Source: Meyerozyma guilliermondii
Lineage: Eukaryota
Direction of reading: 5' to 3'
Assembly: GCA_051546255.1 (NCBI GenBank)
Contig: CP128816.1
Location: 1,736,001 to 1,800,000, forward strand
DNA length: 64,000 nucleotides
How positions within the stretch are numbered: position 1 is the stretch's first letter; each line of letters begins with the position of its first letter. The translations under genes were made by a program, and so were the position numbers. The notes under the pieces were generated by a model. It was not told the origin of the DNA, made no database searches, and saw only the letters and a program-made list of their open reading frames with translations. Positions 34,401 through 40,266 of this stretch are shown piece by piece.

Positions 34401-34412
34401 CTGGTTTGCCAT
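25428..34412 (-). CDS. CSF1: Csf1 bridge-like lipid transfer protein (BLTP1 family), 2994 aa
   Basis: N-terminal TM anchor, SLRISPLGGRIFAKN, GLEVFMYNRS, IHYGPWADKQR and C-terminal PPIIEAPRLKELGNATPPLEWFGLHR. Near SMC4, as in S. cerevisiae. Confidence 0.93.
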   Translation of the reverse strand: MANQFQYTSTNVGGKNSSPWVYLLDWILSLIVALAFLFFFSRLIGFIVTFLLKLFLWRRSKTRITVESLRISPLGGRIFAKNLVITTQDYTISVLALNFSWRYWIFRIIRISEFYYQMRQELESGIPRDENEKLPCRFVLYLEGLEVFMYNRSFAYDNIEQMLNEKAKNPSETTKFTTAKTGPAESTSLSYLLRLMPIRVQIKKGTLILGNSTTPSIFVASYKSAFGIIDLHQSPCPLDYFRHVYNFSLAQFQLSMKPNISYDKSKYTKPKTSQLNHKSSTIRLNRQRQYQYWHKFHQASKKAVRLLRPKKRQAEIKLEEASKEWRGLRRYIDNEPRSPNNIHLNTEEEYAKYSLILDSALTRFIYYFDSLGNFPQEGDPLTYATPEYGVDIELAVATIHYGPWADKQRVPLQQMFFPPLSRDSSPTPTPQPGMKRQYDGFKVVVSVKDELIFRIPIREASKDKEIVRSHLQSDSGAMPTTKIARSFGWLELKMAAKSSVCSYTSFTSNRENGWANKLSLYLLQPELRSSVNHDILFTADTHVLDCDIGFPLRWNAPCLWKFANQSTKARLFLLREHIFLLSDLFADFASGPPPAYEYLRPFEYILDWNMDDYKLYLNVNDSNIIDNPLDFDSNKYLSFEGDRLEAQVAIPLNGNLTRSATISYKIYTPALSAVLSTPLWHTVDAFSRSEEMGRSSDFTIDGSYTFFNIIDPTTSNHIIIRIVGDFITLKFYGYLVRYLFTARENYFGDHVKFKTFEEYTTMPTESPEINTPYDSSSTLKTKIEEEDAGERFIKIENDLDVEFVFQVRHGLLLLPYNFYSTASHVAFNFDSFDIDLRFTNYYMDIQADFSPTQGVFVLEEEENSLIFDIPAYVEKYFNEGPPEVLVDGLNIHAHRMFGPPPDQITYYCKWDFAAGSIEIDSQAKFLTGLLTSIKSFVFTFKDLENCLVPTLPIVHDAANFSFRCPSFIINVRPAVEPTNCPILVANLGSLVVSLNDLPNGRYNTRISIYLPEITASVLGESESGGERKVLGYFNTSLTLSNFILKANSLEVQKLQRQHVKFNDGPFHRCPFILPPDDRDFTYKRALGSLSTNLTLPDVSIPLNGETFDSIGGWDDYLDSTWSTPSLSSSSSGSLRSSFSFDDVDSSFDSFLYEYNDSDFKPEYEKSPDSKHGNAILQFGVIHSFITSGAVMAIVRLQRNFKDLRMETLMDNIEFDIVSNIRKLILSLAADDCTRIVVPEVIFKVGEFETYNPRTIFDLPLPVPVLSLSLHEPSLALSKAFKYFGGDEALPSTSATFAGHVKEILVSISDPSSFAASVSFRVTNTEFWRDIDTANNETSSVTIDDFDISLEEAQVEFLRCYIAHLKEKMAPILKENSKQSNMESKAEAELVYKLTMASDQYRIDHDSAVLTKPTHVLRSVHDHVRTYDSWKVITRLRHVLSNIPSQWENDTNEKLQNLQWEAPDTAYEDVLGIFSRWRSWEVDTSNGFLFKKVFNREMNAPNDNRRLNKFAVGSLVLSISKMNEETNRIILNSSSASLDMAKLVSGVIKDEAISSTDEVVEILCQIGHYESFISSLSIDLLATFKAQSELNPKEPIAPKADSAVTQLQKRVSGVIKISSYDQTLKILNSTVRMSGSNAVHGLRLGVAGDTNQITLSSQLGTLAIKFSVGAENLASLSGENIRVSAATVGTLREGPKVLEIDADVISMHLFGHNLEASKSLEAMIKEDVDYIKGLQRTFVPKPSTLSNPPQAVDKLGGSRKAPDIFAKFGIANFLFKANFLDPITLVSSSRDIDFSVDSSNGAQILEFLLGSTELSTFIAKSVICGFENSDTKLSVLVKNNSANTLLDFDYSIGFTKISFPKVLQGMLELETSLPKLETRIDSLRQCFEVLGNKSPKKTDDTPPLRSSPKREKPVVFKSSFSIDYLSLSVGIDNSRVNFEFDNMACSISTLQVTQKEQSSKIYSIVPVFGDVYIPSTRVSIVDKQIPLSLSTVVDFNTSIKVSNDFAAKGQTLQVESQYFRIVLSPQAVLRAAMIAHKLSKTTASTLKVLGESRLSNYFHREVPSHNSVKKPVKSDQGSKNGIFSRFVSVHVLSYNWCLGWIFRLQHKDYPGIIMGAERFFAVTEKDLGKFTLIDAYLSVANGSASSNFFSTLSERVSLNRAFLPNIQLCYFIEEVNSGEKNLTIILTGDELDICFLSNSVLLVERVIQSGNEVKRLLDKLRSEHVTSTEEKQPEQRPFKPWFTSVEFQATFAGSNMVLWSNDQVSVSDAPALSLHSPAVKFVTKYTHNKHGPKRHVIKSEVMASASDNTVYASCVPVMAEFANGFKQMMRTSSKDVSMNEQAARERRKLLITSSKSSMTNILQDFDVHVGIRFEKQRLALSCEPTARVEAVVGIDGIYIQINTVEKEHTSITAAIRLNPLYASLQHIYSREISASLKVSQVIFLSSVEMGKTTSVISSCSISDVVGSVDAKQFQDVDLFKDIWFPKSLYKAKNVSEPTPQRSKLSVTQSDHLSSSRNISSRFKEVSTTYAIPWIFTLVVSNMSFQMDVGQLLGNFNLSLNNFWLVSKKSTDWAQDLKIGTDIVLLTSEGRLGGNIQLRDAFLHTAIRWKYGAEVLDIPLILVSGGIDSLQVKASFDYHVFAIIDLRGSSLDVYNQKNEHTISKDHLFVTANIESAELYMTSLAASNIIDINNAVSRMIQENRRSYSETLWDSYGQEQKKNGGLAIAASRIMLETVKKLEFRIEVLLGNLRIYVYPSSLEDSKVLVMKIDQSRAHFQQTEITAGVSNQLDVKFSGINVSLSVTAPIKPETVLNGTVTEFVELAHKAKGGNIFVFPSLRICMRTYQKYESQEIEYLFQSAFGGTVEVKWNLGSVNFIREMYAIHKRAWLTRIKYRKEGEIDENTLRTPLTEKQDMEQDINDTLAKVTEESSYKYTPLAPPIIEAPRLKELGNATPPLEWFGLHRNRFPDATHQLAIVTLQKFIHQIETQYSKILGKA

Positions 34413-34521
34413 TCAGTAGTTTTGAGTTATGGCTGTGGTGATTTGAATCTTTTTGGGTGGTCCTGCAGATCAGTGCGAAAGGGTCGCAAATATAATCTCA
34501 GACCAAAACACAAACATCACC

Positions 34522-35388
34522 ATGTACAGTAGGAAATCAGTACAGGATGAAAATGCGTTTCTGGCGCCTCTGAAGGGTCGAAAGATCGCCCGCGTGCCTC
34601 TAGGAAGCAAGGACCGTCGTCAACCACTTTTACAAAAGTCCCAATCTAGCCTTAATACCCTTGATCGTCCTTCGAAGCCACAACTTACCAAATCTAACCT
34701 GGTTTTAGGGGTCACTGAAGGGCTGAAAAAGTACGAATCTCGCCCTGAGCAGTTGCATGTTGAACAGAAAGCTTTTTTTCCGGAAGTTTCTGGTCTGAAC
34801 GCCTTTGAAGGGCACCAGTTGATACCAAAAGATAACGTTCCAGTTGATGTTCTGACTCAAGTAGCACCGGAAATAAGCGCAGAAAATGCTGTTACAACTC
34901 CCCTGAGCACTTCTGTGCGCCAAAATGCTATGCTTACTCCCGATTCCCACGATTTTTCATACACAGATTCCATTCCGAAACCAAATATCGCCCCTAAACC
35001 ACCACTTGCAACCTCGCTCCGCGATACATTCTCTTCACGAACAAAGCAGCTTGACGCTGTCAATGTTATCGACCGCGATCTCCAGCGTTCAAACGTCGAT
35101 CCTATCAAAAAGGTCCCCGTTGAATCGCGGTCAATTGTAGTTCCCCAGGATTTGATTGATGATGAAACCAGTGTGGAGACGATCCCACAACGGCCAAGAA
35201 TGAAAACCCCCTCCGACTTGGACGAGTTATATGAAATACCCGGCGGACACCACTATCAAAGTGAGGTAACTGGGGCCATGGAAGATATTGATCTTGATGA
35301 TCCTCGTAACTTTGGATTCGACGAAACCAATGAACCGGAAAATATTGGCATGACGGTGGACGAATTGAACGACTTGCTAGATATGTAA
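34522..35388 (+). CDS. Probable securin (divergent Pds1/Eip1-like separase inhibitor), 288 aa
   Basis: Basic N-terminus with DEN and D-box RVPLGSKD; KSN(S)VLG; VETIPQR; acidic C-terminus GMTVDELNDLL. These parallel S. cerevisiae Pds1 motifs as recalled, and the gene neighbourhood fits. Confidence 0.72.
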   Translation: MYSRKSVQDENAFLAPLKGRKIARVPLGSKDRRQPLLQKSQSSLNTLDRPSKPQLTKSNLVLGVTEGLKKYESRPEQLHVEQKAFFPEVSGLNAFEGHQLIPKDNVPVDVLTQVAPEISAENAVTTPLSTSVRQNAMLTPDSHDFSYTDSIPKPNIAPKPPLATSLRDTFSSRTKQLDAVNVIDRDLQRSNVDPIKKVPVESRSIVVPQDLIDDETSVETIPQRPRMKTPSDLDELYEIPGGHHYQSEVTGAMEDIDLDDPRNFGFDETNEPENIGMTVDELNDLLDM

Positions 35389-35426
35389 ATCGCTATGATA
35401 TATTATCTGATGCTCTATGTACATTA

Positions 35427-36755
35427 TTATTGTTGCGTGCACTCGGCCTGGGGCCCATTTTGGTACCCTCCATGACTATTATCGTGGTCCTGATCCTCTT
35501 CTTCATCATGGTAATCTGGAAGTGACAGTTCACGGGCAATCCTGAAATCGGTCACAAGTTCCACGTTTGCGTCTGTGAGAGTATCTAAATCACCATTTTG
35601 TTTGGTAGACACTTCTGTGGGAAGTAAATTCCGCATCTTTGTAAGATCATTTTTTTCCAAATACCAGCTATCTTGAGGAAACTCAATCTCCATTTTGATA
35701 TAAAGGTCTCCTCGTGTTGGAGACAGACCGAACCACCGGCGTTGCAGCTTTTTGATGGGCATTCCCTCGCTAGTGATCTTTATATAGTCACCAGGACGAA
35801 TAACTTTTCCTGTTGGAGTAGCCACTTTAATCTTTCTCCCGTCCAAATGTTGAGCCACCACCCGGGTAAACCCACAGAGTGACTCCACGAGAGGAATGGT
35901 GAACGTGGTGTACAAGTCGTTCTTCTTTCTGGTGAAAACTGGATGGTCCACACATGTGTAAGTTAATACGACGTCGCCAGTTTCTTTACCTGGATATTGA
36001 TCTGATTCATTCTTTAATACAATCAGCTCACCCGAGAATGATCCTTTTTCAATTTCGAACTCTAGAATCTTGGTTTCTTCCACCACTTTTTTGCCTGTAC
36101 ATTTTTTGCATCGATCCTTTGTTCGAAATATCTTTCCTGCTCCGCTACATGTCGAACAATCGACGTAGTCTTGTGCCACAAGACCTGGACCCACTCGTCT
36201 GATCTTACGAACTGTGCCTTCTCCGTCGCATACCCCACATTTCCTGGACACAGCATGCTTCTTAGCTCCGGTTCCATGACAGTGAGAACAGATTATATCT
36301 CTTGTGGAAGTAATTTTGATTACTTTGCCATTGAACAAGTCCTCTAGTGTCACGTCCACATTAATCTCTGCATCCTTGGTACGTGGTTTGCCCGGTCTGG
36401 CACCTCCTGCTGGAGGTCCTCCATTCATATTGTTGAAAAAGTTGTAGAAATCATCAGCTTGAAATTCCTGACTGCCTCCAAACATGTTATCAAAGGGATT
36501 TTCTGAATAGCCATGGTACCCATTAGCCATTTCTGGGCCATCCGTAGTTCCGTACATGTCATATTGACGCCGTTTATCTTCATCCGAAAGAATTTCGTAC
36601 GCTTGTGAAACCTCTTTAAATTTTATCTCCGCCTCCTCCCGACCTTCGGATCCCACCTTATCGGGATGGTATCGTAATGCTAGCTTTCTGTATGCTTTTT
36701 TAATCTCTATGTCGGTGGCAGAGGTATCCACCTCTAGCACCTCATACAATGACAT
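35427..36755 (-). CDS. XDJ1: Type I DnaJ co-chaperone with zinc finger and CaaX box
   Basis: J domain with HPD, G/F-rich region, four CxxCxGxG-type repeats and C-terminal CTQQ. Position next to CSF1 favours XDJ1 over YDJ1. Confidence 0.8.
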   Translation of the reverse strand: MSLYEVLEVDTSATDIEIKKAYRKLALRYHPDKVGSEGREEAEIKFKEVSQAYEILSDEDKRRQYDMYGTTDGPEMANGYHGYSENPFDNMFGGSQEFQADDFYNFFNNMNGGPPAGGARPGKPRTKDAEINVDVTLEDLFNGKVIKITSTRDIICSHCHGTGAKKHAVSRKCGVCDGEGTVRKIRRVGPGLVAQDYVDCSTCSGAGKIFRTKDRCKKCTGKKVVEETKILEFEIEKGSFSGELIVLKNESDQYPGKETGDVVLTYTCVDHPVFTRKKNDLYTTFTIPLVESLCGFTRVVAQHLDGRKIKVATPTGKVIRPGDYIKITSEGMPIKKLQRRWFGLSPTRGDLYIKMEIEFPQDSWYLEKNDLTKMRNLLPTEVSTKQNGDLDTLTDANVELVTDFRIARELSLPDYHDEEEDQDHDNSHGGYQNGPQAECTQQ

Positions 36756-37089
36756 GATGGCGATCAATCCAAGTGCTCAAACTTATATGTGGTCCTGCAG
36801 ACAGCGCAGAGAAAACTATGGCTGGTAAAATGGAGAAAGCAACAGTGAAAGAGAAAGAACAGAGTTTGGGTAGAGGTTCAATAGCGAGTAACTTCTATGT
36901 TGGCTATGGATATTTTGAAAATTTTCAATTTTGCAACGTTGCAAAATTTTGCAAATGTCATTTGACCACAAAAGTAAAATACAAAATTGATAGTAACAAA
37001 ATAAGCGTAGACGCTGTACATAAGGTCAAGACGCTACTCACTTTAACTGATAAAGAGCATATTTAAGACCTTGTTTTTTGATCGAAAGC

Positions 37090-37097
37090 AAAAAAAA
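37090..37097 (-). terminator. RNA polymerase III terminator (T8) of the tRNA-Ser(CAG) gene
   Basis: Run of 8 T on the minus strand, starting right after the encoded CCA. Confidence 0.85.
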
Positions 37098-37100
37098 TGG

Positions 37101-37182
37101 CGACACGAGCAGGGTTCGAACCTGCGCGGGCAGAGCCCAAAGGAACCTGCATCCTTCGCCTTAACCACTCGGCCATCGTATC
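37101..37182 (-). tRNA. tRNA-Ser with anticodon CAG (decodes CUG as serine), intronless, 82 nt
   Basis: Minus strand GATACGATGGCCGAGTGGTTAAGGCGAAGGATGCAGGTTCCTTTGGGCTCTGCCCGCGCAGGTTCGAACCCTGCTCGTGTCG. Acceptor stem GATACGA/TCGTGTC with G73; anticodon loop U-G33-CAG-G37-U; variable arm GGGC-UCU-GCCC; T loop GGTTCGAACC. Confidence 0.97.
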
Positions 37183-37453
37183 GTCTATCTGCAGAAGTAC
37201 GTTTTTGCGATATATACCCTGAGTCTGTTATGGTACACCACTTTTATGAAGATCCATCTGCTGTATACTTTCTCAAATTGATGTGGTAAATGGTGGCTAC
37301 GCCAACTTGCGAAGGAAATACTTTTTGGCTAGATTACCACCACAGCCATGATGTTCGTCGGGAGTATTGCTTTGAGTTGCGCACGCACTTCGGGTAACTT
37401 CGCGGAATCAGGGGAACTGTCGAACGAACGATAATCAAACAGAGTCTAATAAA

Positions 37454-38338
37454 ATGGTAAGTAAATATCTTATTTGCAGCTAAAAGCGGCTGCTATCGAT
37501 TTCTTGGTCGATATAGTAAGTCCAATTCAGATTGATTAAAACTAACATCAAGTCTAGATCAGGGTATGTACATTTGCAATATGGAAGTTCCACGCGTCAG
37601 CAGCTGAATTCCCTGTCAAGAGGATTTGACCATCAATTGATGGTTAATGGATTGAGACCACAGTCTGTGTTGCATAATGTGAAGGGTTTTTGATTGAACT
37701 TGAAACCTGATTTTGTGTCCTTTACGTAAATCCATTGATTTGGTAATTTTATGGTACTCAATTGGGTAAATCATGGAAGACAATGGTGGAGCAATGGAAC
37801 AAGGTGATAGTTATTAGGGGTTTTCCTTCGTCGAATATTTGCTCGGTCAGTCTTCGAGTAACTTCGAGTATTGTCTCATTTTGCAAAATTCACGGTTCTT
37901 TTTCGAATATACTAACGCAGTGTCACAGTTGCCGACGAATCGTTGACCGCTTTCAACGACCTCAAGCTCGGAAAGAAGTTCAAGTTCATCATCTTTGCTT
38001 TGAACGACAAGAAGACCGAAATCATTGTCGAAGAAACCTCCACCAACCAAGATTACGATGCGTTCTTGGAAAAGTTGCCTGAAAACGAATGTAAGTACGC
38101 CATCTACGATTTTGAGTACGAGATTAGTGGCAGCGAAGGTAAGAGATCTAAGATTGTGTTCTATACCTGGTCTCCAGACTCGTCTCCTGTTAGATCTAAA
38201 ATGGTGTATGCTTCTTCCAAAGATGCCTTGAGAAAGGCCTTAAACGGTATTAGTGCTGATATACAAGGTACTGACTTTTCGGAAGTAGCTTACGACTCGG
38301 TGTTGGAGAGAGTTTCCAAGGGTGCCGGTTCTCACTAA
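37454..38338 (+). CDS. COF1: Cofilin, join(37454..37456, 37553..37563, 37921..38338), 143 aa
   Basis: ATG|GTAAGT ... AACTAAC..AAG|TCTAGATCAGG|GTATGT ... TACTAACGCAG|TGTCACA. The spliced product reads [24 protein letters not shown]...[12 protein letters not shown]. Confidence 0.95.
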
Positions 38339-38619
38339 AGTATATACGAAAAGTGAAGTATCAAGAATGTTCATGTAGTGAATCTCCACGTGAGATCCTA
38401 TTCACCTTCTTACGGCGATTATGCACAATAGCTTGCTAGTACCACCTGTTGCATCGCGGTAACTATTCTAGTTTATGCCCGATGGTGACTTGCATAATCG
38501 GAGGTGCCGAATGCGGTAAGAGCGATGCAATGCTGCAGCAAGGAGCACTTGATTTGCAGCACCCCAAAACAAATTTCTGGAGTATATAAAGACACCCAAA
38601 TGTATCAAAATCATCAGCA

Positions 38620-39651
38620 ATGTCAATTAACAACTCTACAATCTCAAGACTTGGCAACTCCGGCCTTCAAATCAACCATGCCGTGGTTGGAACAATGCTT
38701 ATTGGTACCAACAATAATGGTATTTTTGCCAATGGTGTTGATGGAGACGAAGATTCGATGGCACTTTTGAAGAAATGTTACGACAGAGGTCTTCGTACCT
38801 TTGATACTGCCGATGTTTACAGTTCTGGACACAGTGAGGAGGTTATCGGAAAGTTTTTGAAAAAGTATGACATTCCTAGAGATACTGTGGTGATTCTCAC
38901 CAAGTGTTATTTTGCAGTTGACACCTATGACAAAAACCGTCAAGAAGGACTTCATTTGAACAATCTGGGTCTCTCAAGAAAACACATTCTTGATGCTGTT
39001 GACGATTCTGTGCGTCGTTTGGGAACTCACATTGACTTGCTTCAAATTCACCGTTACGATCCCAATGTTCCCGATGAAGAAGTTATGAGGGCATTGAACG
39101 ATGTTGTCGAAAGCGGGAAAGTCAGGTACCTCGGTGCTTCCTCGATGAAAACTTATCAATTTATTGGTTTGCAACACACTGCAGAATTGAATGGTTGGCA
39201 CAAGTTTGTTTCCATGCAAAGCATGTACAATTTGATCTACCGTGAAGATGAGAGGGAACTCAATGCCTACTGTAACCATGCTGGAATTGGTCTTCTTCCA
39301 TGGTCGCCCAACGCCAGAGGTTTACTTGCACTTCCTTGGACCTCTGCTAAGATCCAAGAGAAGCTTGCTAACCCAGAGGTCTACGGACTCAATTATATGG
39401 GTTTGGACGTTGAACATGACAAACCGATTATTGACAGGGTAGAGGAGCTTAGTAAAAAGTACAAGTGTACCATGGCAGAAATCGCAGGTGCTTGGCTTGT
39501 TGCAAAGGGCACTCATCCTATCATTGGTGTTACACTGGAACAAGCCATTGATGCAATGGTGGCCATGGCTCACACCAATCTCTCTAAGGAGGACGTTGAG
39601 TACCTTGAAGAGCCATACAAGGCCAAAATGCTCGTATTTACAAGTTCATAG
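38620..39651 (+). CDS. Aldo-keto reductase, aryl-alcohol dehydrogenase-like (CSH1/IFD/YPL088W family)
   Basis: RLGNSGL, FDTADVYSSGHSE, ILTKC, IDLLQIHRYD, GKVRYLGASS and LPWSP. TATATAAA near 38584. Confidence 0.9.
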   Translation: MSINNSTISRLGNSGLQINHAVVGTMLIGTNNNGIFANGVDGDEDSMALLKKCYDRGLRTFDTADVYSSGHSEEVIGKFLKKYDIPRDTVVILTKCYFAVDTYDKNRQEGLHLNNLGLSRKHILDAVDDSVRRLGTHIDLLQIHRYDPNVPDEEVMRALNDVVESGKVRYLGASSMKTYQFIGLQHTAELNGWHKFVSMQSMYNLIYREDERELNAYCNHAGIGLLPWSPNARGLLALPWTSAKIQEKLANPEVYGLNYMGLDVEHDKPIIDRVEELSKKYKCTMAEIAGAWLVAKGTHPIIGVTLEQAIDAMVAMAHTNLSKEDVEYLEEPYKAKMLVFTSS

Positions 39652-40266
39652 TAATACACTACTAAACCACCAACGGTAAACCGGTTTTCTGATGTTTGGA
39701 TGCCACCTCTTCTCCTGGTCGTGTTCCAGCACTGCGCAATCAGGAAGGTGAAAATCAGGTCTGTGCAGACACCCCACTTGATCTACACCAAGAACCAAGT
39801 AGACAAGGTATAGAATTGATAGTACCAAGGTAATCAGGGAGGTAAAAATTGGTTATCTTTGGACAAAAGCTATTTTTTTTCTCAACATAAATCATCGCTC
39901 CAGAGGAAAAAAGGGAAGAACGACCAGTCGCTTTTTAACGCTCTGCTCGATCGAACTTGGTCTCTAGCAGTCATTCGTTACGGAGATCGAGGTTTACACA
40001 CGGTGGTTTGAATCTCACATCACTTTTGGAAAACTGGCGCAGCGTGAGGTGAATTTCTCGACACAAGTGAAATTTGGTAGGCCTCAATATTCAGCCACAA
40101 ATACTGATCTTTCCAATTACACAGCATCAAAAGCCATTTATTGAAGGCATACCTCCGAGTATCACCATATACACCAAATTTGGGAATCTTAAGCAAAAGA
40201 AAACTACTTTATTGTCCGAGTTGCCCAACTACATCACTGAATTAAAGCTGACACATCGACGTTTCA

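Noticed and set aside
37071..37289. 72-aa ORF across the tRNA
   Set aside because: Antisense to the tRNA-Ser(CAG) gene, with a non-ATG start.
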